Assembly (NCBI GenBank): GCA_951406725.2
Contig: OX597814.1
Location: 166,966,001-167,030,000 of the forward strand
Source: Octopus vulgaris
Lineage: Eukaryota
DNA length: 64,000 nt
Direction of reading: 5' to 3'
Shown here: positions 14,024 to 25,645 of the stretch, in pieces
Position numbering within the stretch: the first letter of the stretch is position 1
Layout of the letters: each line of letters starts with the position of its first letter
Notes under the pieces: generated by a model
What the model was told of the DNA's origin: nothing
Seen by the model: only the letters and a program-made list of their open reading frames with translations
Database searches by the model: none
Program-made: the position numbers and the translations under genes

Positions 14024-15305
14024 CAGGGTGTCCCAGAAAGATTTACCCATTGATGTTTCTTAATTACTCAAAACGAACTTAAGGTAGGATAATGAAATTT
14101 GTCACACACGTTCTAATGTAAATTGTCAATACATTACAGTAGTTACATTTCAAAATGACCATCTTTCACCTTGATCATAACCTGCAAACGAGTGGTCACA
14201 GAGCTGCATGAGCGCTGTATCATTTCATCCAATTTGACCCATGAAGACAGAAGGGCTTTCTTCAGATCTGACCCATTTGAATAAGAGCAAGCAGAAACAT
14301 TACTCTCTAATGGATGGACCAGATAACAAAATCTATGGAATTGATGCCTGAACTTGAGGGAGGCCATATTGTCTTGTCCCAAAAACCGCTGAAATGCTCT
14401 TTGCACCACTCCTGTGTCAAATTGGATGCATGGGTCTTGAGTGAAGATGCAACGGCCACCAAATGTTTCAGTGACCCAGGGTAACACTTTTTCATCCAAC
14501 ATTTCCACACAAACTTTACTGTTGACCTTGGCGCCAACATCGATGAAGATCAAGAGAAACTTGGACCCATCAGATGCAACTGCGGCCCACACCATGAGTA
14601 AAACTGGCTTCTGACGGCGTAAGTGACTCCTGCTACCTTCGGGCAAATTTCTTGCATTACGTGCATAAAAGCTGTCATTTTGCCTGGTGGTAACTGCCTC
14701 CACGGTGAAGATTTTCTCGTTGGACCAGATCAACACTTTGTTGGCGCGCTTCAGCTCAGCTAACATGGTTTTACCCCTGTCGTGCCGTTTCTTCTTGGAA
14801 GCTGCTGAAATTAGCTACCAGGATTGTTTCTTGTATGCAGTTAGCTTTAAATCCTCTTTAAAATCTTGTTCATCGACGATCTCGAAATATCAAGAGCTTT
14901 TACAGTTTCTCCTGCACTTCTGCGGGAATTTTGGTTCATTCGCTTCTTCATAGCTTCAACAGTTTGTTTGATACGAAATTATTGTTTTCTATCAGGGATT
15001 GGCTTGCTAGAGGTAGTAGCGGACTTCATATATCGTTTTCAGGTATTGAACACTGTTTTACGGCACATATTCAACTGTTTTGTTATGTCCTTGTTGCTCA
15101 ATCCATTTGTTTTCAAAGCGACAATCTGGTCACGTTTTGCTTTCGATACCATGTTTGTTTACAAACCTGTTATAGACGAACGAAACAATAGACACATGAA
15201 CAAAGGACATATGTAAATTTTTATGTAAAATGTAGCTAATATTACCGGAACTGATATTCTTTAGGAAAAGTTTTAAACATGGATAAGTCTTTCTGGTACA
15301 TCCTG
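14024..15305 (-). mobile_element. Tc1/mariner-superfamily element, maT/DD37D-like, defective
   Basis: TIRs CAGGGTGTCCCAGAAAGATTTACCCA / CAGGATGTACCAGAAAGACTTATCCA with TA flanks; WSNEKIFTVE, MVWAAV, FTQD and WPPSS motifs. Confidence 0.88.
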
Positions 15306-16329
15306 TAAAAGCAGCAACTAAATTAAAACAGAAGCGATCATATATAGGGTCATGCGATAAAATGGTGCCTTGTCTAAAACCTACTAGAATGGGATAAAAA
15401 AAAGTATATCAAAATGAAGACATTTGTGGGTTATTGACGAAGCATTTACAAATCTAGTACCCAATATAAATTTTCAGCTTCATGTTGGAGCAACACGCTT
15501 CGTACCATCTCACCTAGATAAAGACATGGCTGAACTTCTTGGGCTTCCAGAGAAAGAAAGTACGTGCGTAATTTATAAGCTATAGATGATTATTAAAATG
15601 TGCAGCAAAAAAAAAAAAGAAAAAAAAAACGCAAATTGTACTAAGTACTTCACTGGGGAACTCCGTTCTATTTTCAACTAGAAACTCTTTGAATGCTCTT
15701 CAGTCAAAATACCAAGATCTTCTTGAAGAGGATTATGATATCGTGACCAATAAACATTAAAGTTGAAGAGTGAATTGTTGTGCAAAGGATACTGGAATGA
15801 ACAAAACATTTCTTTTTTCATTTCCTCCTTTACAACTTTGTCAGTAGCCAGAGAACCAATCAAACAAACAGAAAATCAGTCAAGAAGAGAAAAATACATG
15901 CATACATACATACATACATACATACATACATACATACATACATACATACATACATACATACATACGCGCGTACGTACTTACATTTGTATATATGTATGTA
16001 CGTATGCATGCATGTACATTTGTATATGTTTAGTGATTTCATTGACCTACCAATCGATTAACAAAAATCAATTTGATTGAATATAGATTCGAGAGTTAAT
16101 AGATAGATAAGAGGATATGTATTTTGACTCGTGGGTGGGTAGAGACATTAATTGGTAAGTACATTCCTTAATCGATTGCTTGTTTGGTTGGTAGGTGAAT
16201 ACTAGGTAGACAGACAACCAACAGATAGATGGGATCGTATATAATTTTAAAAAATGAGGTATAAGAAAAATATTGAGTATAAGAAAAATTGTGTTTGAGA
16301 AAACTGAAATACGTTTTTCTTTAAATACA

Positions 16330-16970
16330 AGTACGCTTCTGTACATTTTGCCTTGGGGCTTTCTATCATTGCTTTGGTCAAGTACAATAAAGACTTTTAT
16401 GAGATCAGAACAAGCACGAAACATGTCCAGAGTTCACCTTTGTATTTACCGAAAAATCGTAAACATTTGTTCATTCTTTGACTAACATTGATTTTTCTCG
16501 CCGAATGAATATTTTTCTAGCTAGTTTTGCCATGACCTCTGCATTGAGTATATTACTAAAAACCAATATATTTAACGTTGAGTTTTGCTTATATAAACTT
16601 TCTTTTTTCACAATTGCCAGTAGACAACTCATGGCTAGTTTGTAAGGCTTGTTACACTTAAACCAGTCCTTCGAAAGATTCTATTTTTACAGTGTTGTTT
16701 AAATGTTATCGGTTGGTTAGAATATATGAGCCTTTTATAAACATGTGAAGTTAGGATATTCTATAAAGTTTTAGTTCTACCGCTTAGGCAAGTAATTTTG
16801 TTGAAATATAGGTGATCCAGAAAAATTGCTTGCTGAATATGGATGAGTTCTTTTGATAGGTTCCTTTATTCTATCTTCATGTATCTAGCCTGGAGGTTTG
16901 GAAATTGCCAAAATTTCAGTAAATACTTGTGAAAGTGACCGCATCTTCCAAAAATTCTGAATGTGAATTT
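16330..16970 (-). mobile_element. Possible degraded Penelope-like ORF (linker/GIY-YIG region)
   Basis: Frameshifted minus-strand traces resembling IFN....NILTSH and CLL.GNC; heavily decayed, extent uncertain. Confidence 0.35.
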
Positions 16971-16975
16971 AAGTA

Positions 16976-17459
16976 TCACAAATCCTCGAGTATAGTCCGC
17001 AGGGGATTTTTAGAGGGTTGTACCTCTGAAAAACCTAAACCTTGCGTATAATACGCATCCCTTCTCTAACTTGAGTCAAGGAGGTCTATATAACGTCCTT
17101 GGTTTGTAAAAATGTATACGGTAACGTCCTTTATTATTATTTTACATATAAATATTGTGCATTTTGTTTGCAGAAAATAAAGAAATAACAGTAATAACAG
17201 TAATAACGTTTAATAAATGTTCCTTACTGCAAGTTATGGATGATTCTTTTATGGCTTCATTGCTTTCAGGCTTAGCTTAAGGTATTTTCGCGCCCGACAT
17301 CACAAAATGCGTCTAAATAAACATTGCCGAACAGCAAATAGAGATTCGGATATTGCTTAGAAAATGATTTTCATTTTTAACCTCGTATATAGTACGCACT
17401 AGGGATTTTGACCTTTAAATTTTGGTTGGAAAATGCGGGTTATACTCGCGGATTTACGG
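16976..17459. mobile_element. pogo/Tc1-like MITE
   Basis: Imperfect TIRs (TCACAAATCCTCGAGTATAGTCCGCA vs reverse complement CCGTAAATCCGCGAGTATAACCCGCA), TA on both sides, internal repeats of the CG..TATA..CGCA motif. Confidence 0.7.
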
Positions 17460-18042
17460 TACTTAGATGAGCTGTTTTACTGCCTTTTCTACGATGTGTA
17501 CCTAACAGCACCTCGTACTATTATTATACTGTTTTGTTCTTAAATGTTCCATTTGATATCATATTTAATACTTTTTCTCTTTAAACATCAAACGTAGTTA
17601 AACAGTGACGTTGTTACCTTCTTGCACTTATTTCTGAAGTAAGCAGTATGGTTATGGCTATCACTGATTAAGTTTTCCTTTTACTTTGGCTCAGGTGCTT
17701 TTGGTGTTTGTAGTTCAATCTGCGTTGGTGGAATTAACTTCAAATTCGCCTATCACTACCTAGGTTTTTCAATATACATATATAAGTAGGCAGACCTTTT
17801 TATCTCAAAACGTGCGTTTTTCTGGCGTAAGTTTTGTTGGTTTATGCCTTTTTTGTACTTTTCATATTTGAAGTACCACTATAGTTCACTTTCAAATTGC
17901 TTCTGCTGAAGATTTTCACGTAGCAGAACTAACAGGGGAACTTATTGACTATTAAGGTTAGGAATTTTCTTAGCTATAATTTTACATTGTGAAGGTGCGA
18001 ACCAGTTTGTATTTCGTGGAGGGGCTATTCTTAGATATGAGG

Positions 18043-18126
<84 letters not shown>

Positions 18127-18563
18127 GCCTCTAATATTACCTTTCAAGCTGAAGGGATATTTAAATAAAAGGTTACTCCATCAAAGATCTCTGCTAGAAG
18201 AGCAGTTCGCGATCCTTCTAATAACATATTTTGTGTGGGTGTGTAATCTTTATACAGATCCTCTACTTCCCCAAAGAAACATTACAATTTGATTATAACT
18301 TGATTTGGACATCTCGATAGACTAATCTCCTCGGTGCATTATTAGTCATCATTAAATGCTGTTATTTTTGCTAACCATCGAAACTAATAAACTCTTTTCG
18401 AGTGCATTTCTGAAGTCAACGAAACAAACCGGCAACATTTATCATCATAACAAGTCATTTCTGTAATAAATTAGATAATATCTATACATACATAGATACA
18501 TAGATAGATATGTACATACATAAACACACATACATACATATATAAACATATATACATACATGC

Positions 18564-18649
<86 letters not shown>

Positions 18650-18673
18650 ATGCATATATATGTAAATATATGT

Positions 18674-18706
<33 letters not shown>

Positions 18707-18720
18707 CTGTCGTATATATG

Positions 18721-18753
<33 letters not shown>

Positions 18754-18764
18754 TTGTGTGTCTG

Positions 18765-18965
18765 TATTTGTCCCCCTAGCATTGCATAACAACCGATGCT
18801 GGTGTGTTTACGTCCCCGTCACTTAGCGGTTCGGCAAAAGAGACCGATAGAATAAGTACTGGGCTTACAACGAATAAGTCCCGGGGTCGATTTGCTCGAC
18901 TAAAGGCGGTGCTCCAGCATGGCCGCAGTCAAATGATTGAAACAAGTAAATGAAATGAATGAATG
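18765..18965 (+). mobile_element. 3' part of microsatellite-containing SINE
   Basis: Matches other copies in the window (21525-22960, 23190-24250, 53345-53645): ...GTCCCCGTCACTTAGCGGTTCGGC...GAAACAAGTAAA. Confidence 0.8.
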
Positions 18966-19074
18966 AATAAGTATAGCTTTATATATATATGTATGTATGT
19001 ATGTATGCATTTACACATAAAAACAGTAACAATGTCTAATTTACTGTAGAATTTTCTGCTGCTTAAATAAAGTG

Positions 19075-19105
<31 letters not shown>

Positions 19106-19678
19106 AGCCTGATGTGCCAACGGACAGCTTATGAAGTATTTTGCCCGGATTGATAATCCTTCACTATTAGCCATACACACACACACACACACACACGCGC
19201 GCGCATATGCTACATATATGTACGTATATGGATATATATGCATAGACATATTTACATACATACTATTTGTCTATTTATTTATCTATCTATGTACTCGTAT
19301 CTACCTATCGATAATATATAAACATTTCCTCTGCGATTATTTGGTAAACGCTGCCGAATTTTACACTTCTGTAAACAATAATAACGGAAAAGTTTGTTTA
19401 TTCAAAACAACACTATGAAAGTATAGTTCAAAAATCTGAGAGGACAATGCAAAGGTGTATGTTAGTGTAATGGTTAACACGCTTGTCGCGAATACATAGA
19501 TATGAAGATTCAACTCACATGATTACGGCAAACCCTACTTTTTTTCCACCCCCGTCGAGGGCTTATATGCCCCAGTATTAGACTATTTACCTTAGTCAAT
19601 GCACGGTGATCGCTTATAAGTCTTAAGTTTATAAATATTATTATTATTTACAGAAATATATATATATATATATATATA

Positions 19679-19878
19679 AAGTTAATCCAAACAAGAAAGC
19701 ACAAAAAAACACAACAACACGAGGACGTGGAACAAATATAGTATTATTGGACGCTCAGGAAAGAAGGAAAGAAGGAAGGTTTAACGTTTCGAGCGGAGCT
19801 CTTCGTCGGAAACATAGGAGAAGGAAAGATCCAGAGAAGGGAAGATAGAGGGAAAAAAATCGCCAACGGTACCCACGA
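19679..19878 (-). mobile_element. About 200-bp Penelope-like pLTR/retrozyme-type repeat with minimal hammerhead (19779-19813)
   Basis: GUUU-CCGACGA-A-GAGC(UCC)GCUC-GAAAC-GUU-AAAC; homologous to 37072-37272; abuts (TA)n. Confidence 0.7.
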
Positions 19879-21064
19879 TTAGCAATTAAGTTCCCGCCGT
19901 TTTTTTTTTATTTAAATTTTTTTAAAGGTTTAATAAAAAATAACAACTAATTAATCAATAATGTATTTACCCTTGTTGTTTACAACTTCTTCCCAACGTT
20001 CAACAAGATTTTCAATATCTCGTTGGTAGAAATCACCCGATTGAACGAAACTCCGCGCATAGCATTTGAAAGAGATCGAAAGAGGTGGAAATCCCTTGGT
20101 ACCAAATCAGGAGAGTATGACGAGTGCGGCAGCACTTCCCAGCCACGTGTTTGAATGGCTTTCTTGGTCATATTGGCGATATGAGGGCGGGCGTTGTCGT
20201 GCAGCAGAACTCCATGCCGACGATTAGGTCTTTGCTCTTGAATAGCCGTGTTAAGTCTTTCCATCTGTTGAACATAGAGTTCCGCGTTGACTGTTTGGTT
20301 CCGTTCAAGCAATTCGTAATGAATAATCCCTTCCAAGTTCCACCAAACGCAAAACATCGTTTTACGAAGATGAAGATCTTGTTTTACGCGCGGTGTCGCT
20401 TGTTTACCGGGGCTAAGCCATTCCTTACGCTGCTTCATATTGATGTACAGGCACCATATTTCGTCGCCAGTAACGATTCGGTAAAGAAATCGTTGCTTGT
20501 GTCCATGAGTTGAGCGGTGACGAGCAAGCAAATCAGCGGAGATTGTGGCTCTTTGATTTTTGTTGTCACTTAAAGCATGCGGAACCCATGCTCCATACTT
20601 CTGAACCTTTCTCATCGAGTGAAGATGCTTCTATATAGCAGTGTGGGAGCATTCCATTTCTCTGCCAGCTCCCTTGTCGTTTGACAAGAATTTTCGTGCA
20701 AAAATTGGTTTAATCGCTCTTCATCGAACCCGACTGGACGGCCAGAACGAGGTGCGTCTTTGAGGTCAAAATTTCCATTTTTGAACTTGGCATACCAATC
20801 ACGAGCAGTTCTTTCAGCTATGGCACCCTCTCCATACACAGCACAAATGTTGTGAGCAGCTTTCGCGGCCTTATAACCTTGATTAAAAGCCAAAAGAAGG
20901 TGGTGTCGAAAATGCTCGTTTTTCTTAACTTGACATTCCATTTTAATGATCTGAAGACAAATAAAAATTAACTAAAATTAACTAGAAAAAAAAAAGATTC
21001 CAAAATGATTCGAAAAAAATGCAATAAATTCCAAAATTTTAAAAAAATGGCGGGTACTTAGTTA
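19879..21064 (-). mobile_element. mariner (DD34D) with frameshifted transposase
   Basis: ORFs 20612-20941 and 19980-20615: WVPHAL, TGDEIW, HDNARPH, YSPDLVPRDFHLF; partial TIRs TAAGT(T/A)CCCGCC(G/A)TTTTTT. Confidence 0.93.
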
Positions 21065-21524
21065 TATATATATATCCTATCATATCATATCATATATATA
21101 GATATATACATAAGTATATACATACATGTATGTATATATAATACAATGTGGTATTATATAATGTTATATTATATATTATATTATATCATATTATATTATA
21201 ATAGTACTGCCATGTCAACCGACGTCGTAAATTCGTCATTTTTCTTTTTCTATTTCTCTCATTTCTCTAATTCTTTTTCCTTCTATTTGATGAAGGGTAA
21301 AGCTCCGAAACCTTAGATTCTCTTTTATTTCATTCATTAACCTATACATTGTTTTTTGTGCCATATTTCTACACTTTTTCAACCACGCATTTTGCATAAT
21401 TAACTTCGTGTATTGTTTGTTCATTTGTCTCCTCCTTACTTCATAACCTTATCCTTACACGTACACACATACATAAACACACTCACACACTCACTCGCAT
21501 AAGCATGAATGAATGTATTTTCTT

Positions 21525-21880
21525 TCACTCTTTTACTTGTTTCAGTCATTTGACTGCGGCCATTCTGGAGCACTGCCTTTAGTCGAACAAATCGACCCCA
21601 GGACTTATTCTTTGTTAGCCTAGTACTTATGGATCTTTTCATTTTGAAGGCCAGATTTTCCTAGTAAACTAAACAATTTGAAACTTCATATACTGGTAGA
21701 ATGTGTCAAAAGAAAACATTTTTGTAAACAAAATTGAAAACAAAATTGTAATTCGTAACTTAAACGTAGTTTAATTTTAAGAATTTTAACCAATGAAATC
21801 CCAACATCTTCGAATTTTAACCAATGAAATCCCAGCATTGCTGCGTTATCGATATTGATAAAGAAATATAGCAGACGCAC

Positions 21881-21972
<92 letters not shown>

Positions 21973-22960
21973 CACATGCATATACATTTGCACAAGCACA
22001 TAGTAATTAATATATAAGCGTACACACACATACAAACGGACATATACATACACACACATACGCACACAAGCATACATTACACGTTCGTGTTTTGCCACTT
22101 GCCGCAACAAATTTGCACAAAAGGTAAATAAACCAGAGGTGGGGGGTCAATGTTTCATCGTTTCGGGGTCGATAAATTAAGTACCAATTACGTACTGGTG
22201 TCGAGGATTTTTTTCCCAAATTATATCACAGCTTCCGACAAGCTGGGGGCATCCTATTATGAAAAAATATTTCGCAAATTTTTACAATACTACTCACACT
22301 CCACGCGCAAACTCGAGACCGATTTAGACATATTATTGTTTTGTTTTTGTTGTTTCTGACCCTTCAAAACCATGGGAGAAGCCTTTTCGGTAAAAAAAAT
22401 AAAGAAAATATTCAAAAAATATCGTTAATATTTTTATTGGGCGACGAAATTAATCGATTTAATTTCTAGCACATGTAGACGACAGAAGAAGAGGTAAATA
22501 ATTTGAGCTCGAATGCTGCGATTTCATTGGTTAAAATTCTTAAAATTAAACTACGTTTAAGTTACGAATTACAATTTTGTTTTCAATTTTGTTTACAATA
22601 ATGTTTTCTTTTGACATATTCTACCAGTATACGAAGTTTCAAATTGTTTAGTTAACTAGGAAAATCTGGCCTTCAAAATGAAAAGATCCGTACTTATTCC
22701 ATCAGTCTTTGTTGTCGAACCGCTAAGTTACGGTGATGTAAACACACCAGTATCGGTTGTCAAGCGATGTAGGGGGAAGAAACATACACACACACGCACA
22801 CATATACGACGGGCTTCTTTTCGGTTTTCGTCTACCAAATCCACTTTGGTCGGCCCGAGTCTATAGTAGAAGACACTTGCCTAAGGTGCCACGCAGTGGG
22901 ACTGAACCCGGAACCAAGTGGTTGGTAAGCAAGCTACTTACCACATATCCACACCTACGC
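21525..22960 (-). mobile_element. tRNA-derived SINE interrupted by a DNA transposon
   Basis: Head at about 22960 (…CACCTTAGGCAAGTGTCTTC…); 3' part at 21525-21630; contiguous once 21631-22697 is removed. Confidence 0.85.
21631..22689. mobile_element. Non-autonomous DNA transposon with ~180-bp TIRs and 8-bp TSD (Merlin-like)
   Basis: Termini GGATCTTTTCATTTTGAAGG... at both ends; TSD GTACTTAT at 21623-21630 and 22690-22697. Superfamily inferred from 5'-GG and the 8-bp TSD. Confidence 0.85.
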
Positions 22961-23189
22961 CTATGTATGTATGTATGTATGTATGTATGTATGTATGTAT
23001 GTATGTATGTATGTATGCATGCATGTATTATAGTAAAAAATTAAAAATATGTGCTGAACGTTGTCAGTTAAACCAAATTCTTCATCGCCTAATAGAAGTT
23101 CTTGGGTTAGAAAAATTGAATTGTTATATTTCTAAGAAAATAAAATTCAGAGTTTTACAACTTTTATCATTTTTTATCTATTATCTTCT

Positions 23190-23885
23190 ACTTCTTTTGT
23201 CATTAGACTGCGATTATGCTGGGACATAACTTTGAAGGTTGTAGCCAAACAAATCGACCCCAATACATATTTTTTGAAGTCTGGTACTTATTCTATCGTT
23301 CTCTTTTGATGAATTGTTAAGTTACAGGGACATAAACAAACCAACAATGGTCCAACTGTTACCAAGCTGTGATGGGGACAAACGCCAAGACAGACACACA
23401 TATGCATACATACATACATACATACATACATACATACATACATACATACATACATACATACATACATACATACAAGCCCGGCTAATCGCCGGTTACAGCG
23501 ACGACTGTTCCAGTTGATTCAATCCATGCTACAGCCTGCTCGTGAAATTAATGCGCAAGTGTCTGAGCACCCCACAGACACGCGTACCCATAACGTAGTT
23601 CTAAGGGACCTTCAGAATGTGACAAGGTTGACCCACTATACTTCAGGTACAACTCATTTTTGCCAGCCGAGTGGACAGGAGCAATGTGAAATAAAATGTC
23701 TTGTTCAAGGATAGAACCCGTCGCCATGAATCGCACTCACGACCTTACAATCTTTGTAAGCCTTGTACTTATTCTATCGGTTTCATTTGCCAAACTGCTA
23801 CATTACGGGAACGTAAACACACCAACACTGGTTCCCAAGCGGTGGTGGGTGATAAACACAGACACACACACAGATATATACATAC

Positions 23886-23931
<46 letters not shown>

Positions 23932-24255
23932 GTTGGGCTTCTTTCAGTTTCTTTCTACCAAATCCACTCACAAGTCTTTGATCAACCCGAGGCTATAGCA
24001 GAAAAACTTGCCCAAGGTGCCACGCAGTGGCACTGAACCCGGGACCATGTGATTGGGAAGCAAACTTCTTATCACACATCTACGCCTGCGATATATACAC
24101 ATCGGCCTTCTACACAGTTTCCGTCTATCATATTCACTCAAAATGCATTGGTTGACCCAGGCTATAGCAGAAGACACTTGACCAAGTTGCCGCGCCGTAG
24201 AACTGAACCCGAAACCACGAGACTGCTAACGAGCTCTTCTGAACTACATAGCCAT
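23190..24255 (-). mobile_element. Cluster of SINE copies and fragments
   Basis: Repeated matches to the SINE family at 21525-22960 (AAGGTGCCACGCAGTGG, GAACCCG, CTACCAAATCCACTCACAAG). Confidence 0.75.
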
Positions 24256-24358
24256 GTTTCGTTTTATAAAATTTATTTTACATCATTGTTTGACTGTATT
24301 ACTAGTTGTTGTCGTTGTAATTGTTTTCGTTAAGCTGTGGGTCACGGATTGTGTAAAT

Positions 24359-24713
24359 CAGTGGTTCTCAACCGGGATCCATATGGGCCCCTGATTTTCC
24401 ATATAAGATTTTTGGGGGGTCCACGCAACAAAATAGTAAATTGGGGATCCACAATAGTATCTTAAGGGCCCCTGATAAACTTCTGCATTAGATGTATGTA
24501 TTGGTATGTATTGCAAGAAACAGCTGGGTTCCTTTCTCTAATATTTAACGTATTTCAACATATACTAATTAATGTGGGAAAAATAAAATTGGGACTTTGA
24601 AAGAAGTTTCTATAAAACTAATTTTTTTAAACATCAAATGGCTATGGGGGAATACTAGAATAAAATAGTAATCAAAGGGGTTCATAGATTTAAAAAATCG
24701 TTGAGAACCCGTG
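24359..24713. mobile_element. hAT (Charlie/Buster-like) MITE
   Basis: CAGTGGTTCTCAACC ... CGTTGAGAACCCGTG; degenerate 8-bp TSD GTGTAAAT/TTGTAAAC with central TA. Confidence 0.78.
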
Positions 24714-25318
24714 TTGTAAACCTACGATTAAGGATGTTCTGGCCTTGACTATCCTTTCGTTTTGTAAGCCGATGACTACATTTTCACGAAGATAGTGCGT
24801 AATCTGAGGGAATTTGGCTGTTATTTCTACTGAGTCGGGAGACCGAATAAATGTCTCCTTGCCGGATCACGTTTTCAACAACTAAATTGTTTCTGAGCGA
24901 ACAAAGTGGAGGAGAGCTCTACCTCGTTTGCTGGAAATAGTAATCAAATTCTCTCAAATCATGCATTAGCGACTTGAATAAAGACTACATAGATCGATAC
25001 AGTCCTACAAACTTCAAAAATAATGGACGGAACGCCCCTGATATTAGGTCTGCTCAATCAGGACTGAGAAATATGAGCTATTAAAGTAGCAAACCTCTGT
25101 GCTGTCGTTAGAACTGCTAAAAATAGTAAGTAAAGCACCCTCAAATCACAGACTGCAATCATAAGATGCCAATAACTTGGTTCTGAATTAAAGGGATGAG
25201 ATGGCCACAGTGGTATCTCTTTTGATTATATTTAATTTAAAGACTCAATATTCCAAAGAATTTGTCATATCTATCGTCGGTTTTTAAAAAAATGTTTTAA
25301 GGTATATGTATGTGTGTG

Positions 25319-25643
<325 letters not shown>

Positions 25644-25645
<2 letters not shown>

